Source: Opitutales bacterium
Lineage (GTDB): Bacteria > Verrucomicrobiota > Verrucomicrobiia > Opitutales > UBA2987
Assembly (NCBI GenBank): GCA_965226885.1
Contig: CBDDEL010000014.1
Location: forward strand, 96,001-160,000
Direction of reading: 5' to 3'
DNA length: 64,000 bases
Below the pieces are notes generated by a model. That model was given only the letters and a program-made list of their open reading frames with translations. It did not search any database and had not been told where the DNA came from. Numbering within the stretch: position 1 is the first letter of the stretch; each line of letters starts with the position of its first letter. The translations under genes and the position numbers were made by a program. This document shows positions 1 to 10,932 of this stretch, one piece after another.

Positions 1-1095
1 GCTGTTTTCGCGCCAGCGGCAGACTCTCAGCAAGGACAACGAGACGGAAAAAGATCACCTTTACCAGGAGATTGGAAAGCTGAAAGTAGAATGCGATTGG
101 CTAAAAAAAAAGTCTGAACAATTCGGTTGGTGAGAGGCGCAAGATGGTGCAACCACTTCAAGGAAAAATCAGTATCGGCAGGCAATGTCAGTTGCTGGGG
201 CTGGCCCGCGGCAGCTATTACTATCGGGCCCGTGCCCAGTGCGAGCAGAACGTTCTCTACATGCATCGCATGGATGAGCTCTACACCCAATATCCGTTTT
301 TTGGTTCTCGCCGGATGACCCAGTGGCTGCGTCGAGAGGGCCATGCAGTGGGACGAGGCCGCATCCAGCGGCTCATGCGCCAAATGGGCCTGGAGGCTAT
401 TTATCCGCGTCGAAACTTGAGCCAGGGGCACCGGCAGCACCGCATTTTCCCTTATCTGCTGCGGGGTTTGGCGGTCGAGCGGCCCGACCAGGTATGGTGC
501 AGCGACATCACTTACCTGCGGCTGAGCCGAGGATTCCTTTTCTTGACCGTGGTGTTGGACTGGTTCAGCCGCTACGTGTTGAGCTGGCAGCTTTCCAACA
601 CCCTGGAGAGCCGCTTCTGTGTGCTCGCCCTGGAGGAAGCTCTGAGGCGGGCCCAACCTCAAATCTTCAACACCGATCAAGGCAGCCAGTTTACCGGCAG
701 CGAGTTCACCTCGGTGCTGGGGCAAGCCGGGGTGCGCATCAGCATGGACGGGCGTGGCCGCTACCTGGACAACATATTTGTTGAACGCTTTTGGAGAACC
801 CTCAAGTATGAAGACATTTACCTGCGCGAATACGCCACGGCAAAGGAAGCCAGCGAAGGGATAGCCCGCTACCTGGACTTCTACAACCACCTGCGCCCCC
901 ACCAAGCCCTGGGCTACCGGACCCCGGCCGAAGTCCATGCAATCGGAGCAAAACCACCCTCCCCGCCAATACAGCTTGCGGGCACCTGCGTGCCCGTCTT
1001 TGGCTAAGGACAAAATATATTTTTAAAAAATAATATGAACACGATTTCCACCTTAATCCCACGTCAAAATTGTCCAAACAACCCCGTCCACTTCA
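1..1095 (+). mobile_element. IS3-family element type A (left part outside window)
   Basis: OrfA C-terminus LYQEIGKLKVECDWLKKK with A9G slippery run at 103-112; OrfB 144..1007 with DDE motifs WCSDITY, FNTDQGSQF, DNIFVERFWRTLKYE; ends ...gtccacttCA at 1095 where istA sequence begins. Confidence 0.9.
144..1007 (+). CDS. IS3-family transposase OrfB (probably expressed as OrfAB by -1 frameshift)
   Basis: rve/DDE motifs; C-terminal YNHLRPHQALGYRTP. Confidence 0.9.
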   Translation: MVQPLQGKISIGRQCQLLGLARGSYYYRARAQCEQNVLYMHRMDELYTQYPFFGSRRMTQWLRREGHAVGRGRIQRLMRQMGLEAIYPRRNLSQGHRQHRIFPYLLRGLAVERPDQVWCSDITYLRLSRGFLFLTVVLDWFSRYVLSWQLSNTLESRFCVLALEEALRRAQPQIFNTDQGSQFTGSEFTSVLGQAGVRISMDGRGRYLDNIFVERFWRTLKYEDIYLREYATAKEASEGIARYLDFYNHLRPHQALGYRTPAEVHAIGAKPPSPPIQLAGTCVPVFG

Positions 1096-2409
1096 GATAT
1101 ACTCCCGGGTGCCTTCGCCCCCGCATTGGCTTTCGAGCCGGCGTCTGAGGACCTGCAGGCACTGCGGCAACTGCCAGCCCGAGAGTGGGCGGGCGAAGTC
1201 CAAAGCGCCCGGTTTTTTCTCCAGCAAAGCCAGGTAGTGCACCGGCTCGAAAGAGACTTGCTCTTTATCCCAAATGCGGCGGTGCCGGGCCACCTCTTGG
1301 CCCCCACAGAAGATCACCACCTGCCGACAGGACCCTTCCACCACCACCGGATGGTGGGCGCAGCGCACCAGCGAGAGGCTGCTGACGCAGGTCGAGCGTT
1401 TGCGGCTCGCTTCAAAGGGTATGGGCGGCAACGCCAGCATGACGGCGCGCTCCTCGGCCAGCAGTTCCTTTTTCACCGCCCTTTTCCCGCGTAATTTACG
1501 CTCCATGTCCCGCTCACATGCCTCCAACAGCTTTGCGTTGAGTTCCTCCAGGTCCCGAACCTGCGGTACCGGTACCAGGAAGTTGGCCCGGGCATAACGC
1601 ACGATCCCCTCGACCACGCCCTTCTCGTTGGGCCGGGCGGGCAGACAGAAGTGTTCCTCGAACAGGTAATGGCTCTGTAGCTGCAGAAACCCGTCGGTCA
1701 GCTTGCGTTCACGCGAACCGATAATCTTACCCACCGCCACCTTCGAGTTGTCATAGCTGATGCGCCGGGGCACCGCCCCGAAAAACTCAAAAGCTCGCAG
1801 GGGCCCCTCCCAGAAGTTCTCCGTGCACTCCCGTTCGAACACCTGCACGAAAAAGGCATCGCTGTAGGGCAGGCTCATGGCAAAAAATGGCCGCCTACGC
1901 AATTGCCCCGCCTCCTTCACCAGGGCATGACCGAAGTCCACCTGTCCCTCCCCGGGGCGGTGCTCCAGCGGCACGAACACTTCCCGCCGCCTCGCTCGCA
2001 GCTCGGCCACCACCTCCTTGACCGCCGTGTAGCCCCCTTGGTAGCCCTTCTCCCGACCCAAACGCTGGTAGATCCGTTTGGCCGTATGGCGCTGCTTCTT
2101 GGGCACGTTCCGGTCCGCTTTGAGCACCTCCTCGATCCAGCCCACATACGGATCGATCTTGCGCTCTCGCCTCTTCTTGCGCCGGTCTCCCGGCGGCTGG
2201 GAATAGGCCAGCGGCCAGCATCTTTCCCAGGGTCTCCCAGTGCAGTCCCTCTTCTCGCATTACAGAGCGCTTGCTCTGCTTGTCCCGCAGCACTTTGTGC
2301 CGCACTCTTGTCCATTGCTTCATATCTCGATACACTCCTCCTTTCTAGGATAAGCGTACCGGTTTTAAAGCGCCCTCTTTACCGTACCGGTTTTTCCCCG
2401 GCGTTTACA
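1096..2409 (-). mobile_element. istA: Truncated IS21-family copy (left IR plus degraded istA)
   Basis: Near-identical to 50843-52180; left IR TGTAAACGCCGGGGAAAAACCGGTACG ends at 2409; 7-bp duplication at 2206-2219 frameshifts istA; 33-bp deletion at about 1362-1369; cut by IS3-A at 1095. Confidence 0.92.
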
Positions 2410-2412
2410 CTC

Positions 2413-2887
2413 ATGGAGAACCGAATCAAGGAACAGATGCAATTGTTCAGCGAGCGCACCAGCGCCCATCAATGGTGGGCCAATCAGTGGCGATTGCTCT
2501 TGTCGGCGCTGGCCTACACCTTGATGGAAGCCATGCGCCGGTTAGCCTTAAAAGGGACGAAGTGGGCGCGGGCCCAATGCCACACCCTGCGGCTCAAATT
2601 AATCAAGATCGGAGCGGTCATCGTGCGCAACACCCGAACGATTCACTTTCACCTAAGTGAGAGTTATCCTTGGGCCAGTCTTTTCAACCATGCGGCCCGC
2701 CGATTGGTGCCAACCTAAAGGGTGCATTGGTGCTGCCCCCGGCACTACCGAACCAATGGGGGAAAGGGGGCAGTGTCTCTACACCCTGAAAAACACCTAA
2801 AAATCAAGACGATCTGCTCAAAATACAAAGAAATCCATCTCCAATAGCAATAACGAGCCAAACTTTACCCTTCATGAAATATCCGGG
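2413..2887 (+). mobile_element. IS1380-A 3' fragment with right IR
   Basis: MENRIKEQMQLF...RLVPT* then IR ...catgaaatatccggg; right flank TTAG lies inside another IS1380 copy. Confidence 0.92.
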
Positions 2888-3797
2888 TTAGTTCGAACCA
2901 TTCTTTGGCCTGCTTTTGCAACTGCTGGGCATCTTGCTGCAAGCGTGCATTGCGAGCCATCCCCACGATGTAACTAACTTCGTTGCGGTCGCACCAAGAG
3001 AGTATCCGGTCTCGACAAAATCCACTGTCGGCGCGCCAAATAATCCGCGTACGGGGCCAGCTTTGGCGAATCCGTTTAACCAGCAATTTGAGGATGGCCC
3101 CGGCATGCTTGCTGGCATCGATCTTGCTCGGCCGCAGGTAGGCCACCAGCAGCTGATCACCGCAAAAAACATATAGCGGCAGAAAACAGTAATGATCATA
3201 ATAACCGTGGAAAAAACGTCCCTCCTGGAGCCCGTGCACCGGATTGTCGGTGGCGTCAAAGTCCAGGATGATCTCTTCGGGTTCCTCGGCAAAGGAGCCC
3301 ATGAACTGTTCGACCAACAGCTCGTTTACCGCAAAGGCCGCCCGCCGATCCTGCCCGTTTTCAAAACGACACAAAGTCGGCGCGCTGGCCAACGTTTCAA
3401 TGCGCCCCGTTACCGTTTGCAACAATGGATCGTGGCGCAGGGTATCAAAGTCGTTCAAATCCTCATAGCCCGCCACCAGCCCGTAAACGCGCTGCCGCAG
3501 CATCCCCAATACCTCATGGCGTACTTTGCCCTTCTGCCGTTTGTCCACTAACTGTCGGGCCGCTCGTTCGGTCAAGCCCAACTGCCGATCCACTTCCCGG
3601 ATCAAAAGCAGTCCGGCATCCGAAGTAACCTCTCCGCCCTTGAAATCAACCCGCACACGGCGGCCTTTTACCCTTGTCAACTGTAGCTTTAATTGTTTAC
3701 CTTTTGTCATCGCTGATATTGCTTTAATTATTGATCTATCCTGCTGTATATCAGCAGTTAAGCATATCAACGATACTTTTTTTACGAAATATCCGGG
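2888..3797 (-). mobile_element. IS1380-A 5' fragment with left IR
   Basis: Matches first about 295 aa of the 456-aa ORF; IR ends 3797 followed by CTAG. Confidence 0.92.
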
Positions 3798-3868
3798 CTA
3801 GAAAGCCCAAATTGGAAATTACGAAAAGTTCGATCAAAAACCCCCGATCCTTGAACCAAGGGCGTATC

Positions 3869-5922
3869 TCACTTTTCATGCTTCGCCCTGATCTCTTTTG
3901 CCATCTGCTTCAATTCCGCCAGCTTGTGCAATAACTCGTAATTTCCATGCCATTGAACAAAATCGGCTCCCCCCATAAATGCGCCATGCTTGGCCGTTCG
4001 GGTAGTGTATAAAAAAAGAATGTTATTTTGTATTTTTAGCTGTACAAATAGCGTTAGGCAGTTTATTCTTAGTGCATGGTTACTAAAATTATTAATTGTT
4101 GGCACTGTGGAAGTGAAAATATCATTAAATTTGGCAAGACGCCCAACCATAAACAGCGCTACCGCTGCCATGATTGTGGTAAACAAAGCCGCGAAAACCC
4201 CACAGTGAAATACACCGAAGAGCAAAAAGAAATGATCCTTCGAGTCTATCAGGAACGCAGCAGTCTACGCGGTTTACAGCGCGCCTTCGGGGTGAGTCCC
4301 AACACCGTTTTGAGTTGGTTAAAAAAAACGACAATCGCTGCGACCGCTCAAAAGCACGATTCTTGCGGCCCGCCGCCATGATGTCATTGAACTGGACGAA
4401 CTGTGGTCTTTTGTGGGGCGCAAGAGCGATGCCCAATGGGTTTGGATCGCTCTTTGCCGACGCACCCGTCAAATCCTCTCCTATGCCATTGGGCCTCGGG
4501 ATTGGTATCGTTGCCGGGAACTTTACGAGCGTCTGCCACGGGCCTACAAAAGATGTGCCACCTACAGCGACTTTTGGAGCACTTATGATGAAGTCTTTCC
4601 TCATAACCGATCCGTGGGAAAAGAAACCGGTGAAACGGCCCATGTGGAACGATGGAACAATACCCTGCGCCAACGACTGGGTCGTTTCACACGCAAAACC
4701 CTCTCCTTTTCCAAGCTTAAGAGTATGCATGAAACCTGTCTGAGACTTTTCATTCATCAATATAATCAAGAATTAGCCACCATTCCTACTTAATACACTA
4801 CCGCCGTTCGCCCATAATAATGCCAATAATCAAAATAAATAAACTCGATGGGTTCGTCGAACGGTTCCGGGGTCAATAAATTCTCTCTCCGAAGGTCTTC
4901 AATTATCTTTTTTGCCTCGATCACTTTTTCGTTGGTCGCTTCGACAGCCGCTTCGGCGTTTGCATAGAAATTTTCTACGTGAGGCTTTGTGTGGCACTTC
5001 AGACAAGTCTCTTTCATTTCAATTTGACCTTGTTCATAGGTGGGCCGCTTCTCTGACTTCGCTGCGAACAGCCAATAAGACAACCTTTCGGTGACATCAT
5101 GAGTAAATTTCTGCCCTTCCAATCCGCTCATGTGACAGGTTGCACAGGTGGGTACCGGCATGTCTTTGGTCGTAAGTTTTTTTGGATCTGCATTGAGATT
5201 CATATTAAGTTTTTGGGCTCGAAACAAAATCCCATGCTTCGACTCGTTGTAAATCTCCAACTGAGAATGATCCGGTCCCATGTGACATTGCCCGCAAGTT
5301 TCGGGCTGTCGCGCCAAAGCAATTGAAGAGGAGTGGCGCGCATGACATTTTGTGCAATCTCCAATGGTCCCATCTCGATTGGGACGACCGATGTCATGAC
5401 ATGCCGCGCATCCTACTTACATCGCGCTTTCTCCTTCAAGAATAGCCAGTTGATTGGCCTCACGATCAACCGCGCCCCGATGAAATTTTTCCGATTGAAG
5501 GATTTGCTCCGCCGTGAAATCCTGCCTACCATACACGGCCGCCCAAGCCGGCGCCCCATGACGACTCCGCACAAGTTGATCGTATTGGGTGGAATGGGGG
5601 TGGAATGGCATACTCGGTAATTATTGGATGTCACTTTCCCGGAAATGACAAATCCGCGGTGGTTCTGCTTTTCCTGTCCGTCCAATGATTGATGGCAATC
5701 CAGACAATTTAAACCCACTTGTGCGTGTCGGCTGATTTCAAATTGATGGATTATGGAGGACGTCTCCTGGCGATGGCATTCTGCGCATTTGCCCGTGGCT
5801 CGTACGAAGTCGGCTGAAGGTTGAGCTAAATCCACCATCGGCCTTTTTGATTGAATCAACAATGCCGCCAATATCAACGAGGTGCTTACAAAAATTGCTA
5901 TAAACACAGACTTGAATTTCAT
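3869..5922 (-). pseudogene. Octaheme cytochrome c, hydroxylamine oxidoreductase (HAO)-like family, disrupted
   Basis: N-terminal membrane anchor; motifs CAECH, CLDCH, YRVCH (degenerate), CAACH, CTKCH, CGQCH, CATCH, CLKCH; GPDHSQLEIYNESKHG; 11-bp duplication 5587-5608, in-frame TAA 5417-5419, IS1 insertion 4001-4802; C-terminus RTAKHGAFMGGADFVQWHG resumes at 4000. Confidence 0.85.
4001..4802 (+). mobile_element. IS1-family element type A, complete (802 bp)
   Basis: IRs GGTAGTGTAT / ATACACTACC; 8-bp TSD GCCGTTCG; insA 4076..4381 (CxxC zinc finger, QRYRCHDCG, HTH); A8C slippery site; insB ELDELW...ERWNNTLR. Confidence 0.95.
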
Positions 5923-6210
5923 AACTTGTTCCGATATACTGGATTAGGCTTCATGCGCAAATTCGTTCTACATTGTTATTTCCCTGTGAAATCAATGCTT
6001 TAGATGATAATCAACCTTATCCGGGATTTCCCACATGGACATTCATAATCGTTGTTCGATCCAATTTTCTGCATTCAAGTCAGTATAGCAATGGTTTTTT
6101 GGTACCTGCCTGTCGATTAGTGCACCTTCCACCCTCGCCATTCAAGATCAGGCAAAGGGAAGCAGAACTTCAAACAGCAGGTAATCCTGGCGAACCAGCA
6201 GAGGTAAGCG

Positions 6211-6519
6211 TCAGGCCATTTTCTGCAAGCTCTTGAGCGCCTGCACGGCATACAAACCATCGACATGGAAGCACTCCATAATGAGCATCATGGCGGCATT
6301 GTTCTGCCCGCTTTGAATCTCCGTCCTTATTTGCATGACATTGGCAAACATGCCAGGATCGCTTGCAAGTTTCTGATATAAAAATGTGGCCGCGGATAGC
6401 CCGATCCCGGCAGGAAAGTCCATCAACTGCGACAAAATCTTTCCAGCCAGAACCAAATCCCCAGCCTGAATCGCCCTCGCAAACTCCTTAAAGGTAACGC
6501 CTTTTATGGGAGAGTTCAA
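6211..6519 (-). CDS. Hypothetical protein (same frame as 6565..7116; possibly a fragment)
   Basis: 102-aa ORF with protein-like composition; family not recognised. Confidence 0.45.
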   Translation of the reverse strand: MNSPIKGVTFKEFARAIQAGDLVLAGKILSQLMDFPAGIGLSAATFLYQKLASDPGMFANVMQIRTEIQSGQNNAAMMLIMECFHVDGLYAVQALKSLQKMA

Positions 6520-6564
6520 ATGCTCCCCGCTCGTGAGGGCTGGTTCGGTTTGTCATACGGGTTG

Positions 6565-7116
6565 TTAGTCTTTTTTATAACGTTCCCAGGGACAAACATA
6601 AATTCGAATGCGATTCACCTTCCCATCTACTTTTCCCCCCTTACGCTTGTCCTCTAGGATCACATCGATCCTGTCTCTCTTGCTTCTGTCAGACGGCACT
6701 TTTCTTCCCATAGAAATGGTTAACCCTTCATATTGCTCATTTTCGCTCCAGTAGTTATGATAAAAGGTAAAAGCTATGCGCTTTGGATCGGCCTGGAGTT
6801 CTTCGGAAAAATCATTGTAATCTAGGGGGATTTCCCGACTAAAGTTTTCGATAATATTTTTCACTACTTTAAAAAATTCCCGATCCTCGTTCAAATCATG
6901 TATATGGGCGCGGAAGACATTCAGCCCATATTTATTCCAGGCACGAGACCAGCCCATTCCTTTTCGCTGTCTTTGGGTTTCCAGCATATTCATCAATTTG
7001 CTCAATACCATTGGCGGTTTTTTTTGCAGGTCTAGCTCCCGCTTCAATGTGCCCATCGACAGGTCTTCAGGATTGATGGAATCCTCGTCCAAAGTGAGGG
7101 TTTTGGATGATTTCAT
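6565..7116 (-). CDS. Hypothetical protein
   Basis: 183-aa ATG ORF; family not recognised. Confidence 0.55.
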   Translation of the reverse strand: MKSSKTLTLDEDSINPEDLSMGTLKRELDLQKKPPMVLSKLMNMLETQRQRKGMGWSRAWNKYGLNVFRAHIHDLNEDREFFKVVKNIIENFSREIPLDYNDFSEELQADPKRIAFTFYHNYWSENEQYEGLTISMGRKVPSDRSKRDRIDVILEDKRKGGKVDGKVNRIRIYVCPWERYKKD

Positions 7117-7211
7117 AATTTTTCAGTTTCCGCGAAGTGGATTTGATCTTTCTTCCGGGATTTCCCATATGATCCGTTAGAGTCGTTGAAATTAAGGCTC
7201 ATTCTATATTA

Positions 7212-9028
7212 GAGGCTGTCCCAAAAATATAAAGATTTTATAGTCAACTGGATGACGTTGATAAAAAGAGCCGGAAAGAGCAAGTTTTTGCTCGATCCGG
7301 CCAAAAAAGGGTTCTATAATTGAGTTAGCGAAAATCAATATAGCCCTTTCTATGAAAAATATAGCCATCCCATGCCTCCTGCGTCCAGCTTTAACTGTGG
7401 TCGACCGGTGCCTCGATTACGATAACTTCCGCGCCACCATTGATCGAATCGATCGGCTGCTGATCGACTCGGAGGTGGAATCGCAGGCCATTGAGCTGGC
7501 CTTGGAGGGGTGGCCGCCAATGGGTCTAAAGGCCCGGCGGCAGCGGGCCAGTTTTGCCATCAAGGCACTGCGCATGGATACGCTGGGCCGTCTGCTCGGA
7601 GGGATTTCGTTTCGGCATTTGTCGCGGGCTCTGGGCAGCAGCGATCTGTTGGCCGACTTTTGCCGTGTCCGGCAGATCGATGGCATCAGGGGCATCTCCA
7701 AAAGCACCCTGGAGCGGGCCTCGAAGTTTTTCAGCGAAGAGCAGTTGAGGGCCTTGCACCGGACCTTGACTGAGGTGGTGGCCGATGCCCTTCTGGCCCG
7801 GCAGGTGGGATTGGACAAGCCGATTGACACCACCATTTGCCTGATCGACGGCACCTGTTTGGAGGCTAACATTCATTGGCCGACGGACTGGGTATTACTC
7901 AAGGATGTAGCCGGCACGTTGCTCAAAGCGATCCGGCTGATCCGCGAGAAGGCCGGTTTGCGCCATCGCATGCCGATCGAACCGGAGCCCTTGGCTCGGC
8001 AGATGAATCGGCTGTGCATACAGATGACCCACAGCCGGCGGCGAAAGGACAGCGCGCGGCAGCGCAAGGGTATCTTGAGGCAGATGAAAAAGCTGCTCAA
8101 ACGGATCGGGGAGCATGCCCGCAGTCACCGGGAATTATTGCAAGCCTGCTGGGAGCAAAGCGATTACAGCGAAAAACAGGTCCAACAGATCCTCGCCCGG
8201 ATGGAGCGCATGAGCGAGCAAATCCCGGTGGTCATCAAACAGGCGCACGAGCGGATCATTGGCGGCCGCCAGGTGAAAAACGCAGAGAAAGTCTTGAGTG
8301 TTTACGAACTCGATGGGCAGGTGATTGTGCGAGGTAAAGCGGGCCAAGAGGTCGAGTTCGGCAACACCCTGTTTTTGGGAGAAAGCGTTGAAGGGTACCT
8401 GCTGGACTGGAAACTCTACGGCAGCCGAACTCCAAGCGAAAATGAACAAATGCAAGAGAGTTTGCGAAGACAGAACCGCTTCAACCTGGAAGAACCCATA
8501 GCGGCCATGTGCGCGGACCGGGGATTTGCCTCCCAGCGGGCCCGCCGGCAGTTAGCCCAGGAGGGAATCTACGACGCGCTCTGTCCACGCGATCCGAAGC
8601 AGTTGAAAAAACGGATGGAGGAACCACTGTTCAGACAATTGCAAAAGCGCCGGGCCAGCACCGAAGGGCGGATCGGGGTATTGAAGAATCGCTGGCAGGC
8701 CGGGCGGTTGCGCAGCAAAGGCTTTGCCAACCGCTCGATCAGCGTAGCCTGGTCGGTACTCTCGCACAACCTATGGAAAGTAGCCAAGATGCTGGCCCAG
8801 CAAGACGAACTAGAAACCAAAGCGGCGGCCTAGAGAGCGGAAAAGCAAGGACAATACTTTTTCACAGCCGTACTGTCGGCTCATACAAAGAAAACCAGGC
8901 AACCGGACCCCAAAACCAGTATCCTAACGTCATAGGAGAGCAAAGTTGATACTCTCCCAAATGCAAATACCTCTAAAATGAGCGCCTATCAAAAGCCCTC
9001 GCAAAAATCACCCTTTTGGGACAGCCTC
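7212..9028 (+). mobile_element. IS5/ISNCY-like element copy 1, complete
   Basis: IRs GAGGCTGTCCCAAAA / TTTTGGGACAGCCTC; 7-bp TSD TATATTA (7205-7211, 9029-9035). Confidence 0.92.
7352..8833 (+). CDS. DDE transposase, IS5/ISNCY-like, 493 aa
   Basis: IDGTCLEANIHWPTD, RGKAGQEVEFG, ADRGF, RASTEGRIGVLK motifs. Confidence 0.9.
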   Translation: MKNIAIPCLLRPALTVVDRCLDYDNFRATIDRIDRLLIDSEVESQAIELALEGWPPMGLKARRQRASFAIKALRMDTLGRLLGGISFRHLSRALGSSDLLADFCRVRQIDGIRGISKSTLERASKFFSEEQLRALHRTLTEVVADALLARQVGLDKPIDTTICLIDGTCLEANIHWPTDWVLLKDVAGTLLKAIRLIREKAGLRHRMPIEPEPLARQMNRLCIQMTHSRRRKDSARQRKGILRQMKKLLKRIGEHARSHRELLQACWEQSDYSEKQVQQILARMERMSEQIPVVIKQAHERIIGGRQVKNAEKVLSVYELDGQVIVRGKAGQEVEFGNTLFLGESVEGYLLDWKLYGSRTPSENEQMQESLRRQNRFNLEEPIAAMCADRGFASQRARRQLAQEGIYDALCPRDPKQLKKRMEEPLFRQLQKRRASTEGRIGVLKNRWQAGRLRSKGFANRSISVAWSVLSHNLWKVAKMLAQQDELETKAAA

Positions 9029-9275
9029 TATATTACGAACGAATCTTGCTTCTCTCAATACGTTCTGCAATCGCCAGCCCTGCTATCTACGGGTAAAATA
9101 AATCGGATAGCCGGATGTCCGGCTCTTTTACAGATGAATTCGAAGTAAAATTTATCGGTTTTGGGTGAATCTTCCAACACAGGCAGTCTTCGTCTGATTG
9201 TCTGCTTGTTGTCCACCGCATTTTAGCTTACACACCTGAATTATAAAAAACCATCAGGATTGTAATCGGGATTAA

Positions 9276-10193
9276 ATGAAAATGAAAGATCAAGTTCGAC
9301 TGCCGATCGGCAATGCGCCCTGTTCGTGGGGAGTTATCGAGAGTGTGGAAGGCCAGCGGGGGGGGTATGCCAAAGTCCTCGATGAAATGGAAGCGGCCGG
9401 TTATGCGGGCACAGAACTCGGCGATTGGGGCTTTATGCCGACCGACCCGAAACGTCTGCGCCGGGAACTGGCGGCGCGCCACCTGCAACTGCTGGGCTCG
9501 TGGGTCAGCGTCTATCTGCACGATGCCGGGCGCCACGCCGAGAGCGCCGCGGATGCCGTCCGCACGGCCCGGTTATTGGCCGAGGTAGGCGGGCCGGAAA
9601 ACTTTATCATTTTGGGCAACGATCCTTTCGGCGACCCGCTGCGTAGACAAAATGCCGGGCGCATCAAGCCACAACAGGGTTTAAACGAAGCCCAGTGGCA
9701 AGTCCTGGCTGAGGGGGCTGAAAGGGTGGCTCGGGAGGTGAAACGCGAAACAGGCTTGCGGACGGTCTTTCACCACCACATCGCCACTTGGGTGGAAACG
9801 CCCGAAGAAACTGCTCATCTTCTAGAGTTGACCGATCCTTCGATCCTGGGCCTTTGTTTCGATACGGGCCATTACCGCTTCGGCGGAGGCGATCCGATGG
9901 TGGGATTGGTGCGGTATATCAATCGTATCTGGCATGTTCATTTCAAGGATCACTCCTCGGCCGTGGCGGAACAATCCCGCCGCCAGGGCTGGGACGCTAC
10001 CCAATCGGTCGAGCACGGAATATTTTGCGAATTAGGTCAAGGGGACGTCGATTTCCCATCCATTTTAGCGAAACTTAAAAAACTCCATTACGAGGGCTGG
10101 ATCGTTGTGGAACAAGATGTTCTGCCGGGCATGGGCAGCCCGAGAGAAAGCGCTCAACGCAACCGCGACTATTTGCGAAGCATCGGCCTCTAG
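9276..10193 (+). CDS. Sugar phosphate isomerase/epimerase TIM barrel, IolE (inosose dehydratase)-like
   Basis: [42 protein letters not shown] motifs. Confidence 0.85.
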   Translation: MKMKDQVRLPIGNAPCSWGVIESVEGQRGGYAKVLDEMEAAGYAGTELGDWGFMPTDPKRLRRELAARHLQLLGSWVSVYLHDAGRHAESAADAVRTARLLAEVGGPENFIILGNDPFGDPLRRQNAGRIKPQQGLNEAQWQVLAEGAERVAREVKRETGLRTVFHHHIATWVETPEETAHLLELTDPSILGLCFDTGHYRFGGGDPMVGLVRYINRIWHVHFKDHSSAVAEQSRRQGWDATQSVEHGIFCELGQGDVDFPSILAKLKKLHYEGWIVVEQDVLPGMGSPRESAQRNRDYLRSIGL

Positions 10194-10231
10194 GAAGTCA
10201 TGGATGTATATAAGCCGATTGAGACAGCCGA

Positions 10232-10460
10232 CTAAAACAGCTCTTTGACTACCTGGGCCATGGCTTCGCCGATCTTTTCCTGGTCTTCCTGGCTGTGGCG
10301 GGCCGATATCGAGGTGCAGATGAGGTCTTTGCCCGGCGCTACCCCAGGCGATACCGCCATCACCGTGAAGACTCCTTTTTCCATGAGCGATTTCCAGAAG
10401 CGAAAGGTGAGCGCTTTGCTACCTTTTTTGGCAGCCCCATTCCAGACCACCGGGAAAAAC
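10232..10460 (-). pseudogene. C-terminal remnant of a class II PLP aminotransferase (AONS/SPT family)
   Basis: GVFTVMAVSPGVAPGKDLICTSISARHSQED resembles the family C-terminus; no N-terminal part. Confidence 0.55.
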
Positions 10461-10469
10461 TCCTTCCTT

Positions 10470-10932
10470 AACTGATTTATCAGATGAAAAACGGCTCGGA
10501 GCCATCGTAGATTTGGGCTCGGTTCGAGATACAATTTTACACCAGCTAAGGCCTTCAGTCCAAAATGTTGGAGGCATCGAAACAGATGCCGCCTTTGCTA
10601 TGATTCGTGAATCTGAGTTGGGAGGTATTTCCTAGGTTTCAGCCCGGCAGGTTACCTCTCTTAGTTATGGCAATAGCAAAATATTTACCTCAACCATACC
10701 CATTACCCTGGCCCTGCAATTTCCCCATCGGAAAAAATGGGATGGATTCACAGGCCAAGTCTCTGCAACAGGCTCTTATACTTTGGAAATCACAGGAAAG
10801 TTCCTGCCATCCACAAAGATTACTGCCGTATTCAATGGAGCAACGGTTCCGGTAGCGCGGTCCAAGTCCGGTAATATGCAACTTTCATTAAAAGGCGCAG
10901 GAAGCTTGCGGTTGAAGACTTCTACCCCTTAG
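10470..10932 (+). pseudogene. C-terminal remnant of an unknown beta-rich protein
   Basis: Frame reads GGIETDAAFAMIRE...FTGQVSATGSYTLEITG...LRLKTSTP* with one internal TAG (10633-10635); final TAG is the IS1380 target. Confidence 0.35.

Noticed and set aside
1903..2718. 271-aa ORF as a novel fusion protein
   Set aside because: Antisense istA read-through into an IS1380 C-terminal fragment at a junction
7352..8833. RNA-guided element (TnpB, IscB, IS110 bridge type)
   Set aside because: All transposases seen are DDE types with terminal IRs; no RuvC/HNH or DEDD recombinase motifs found
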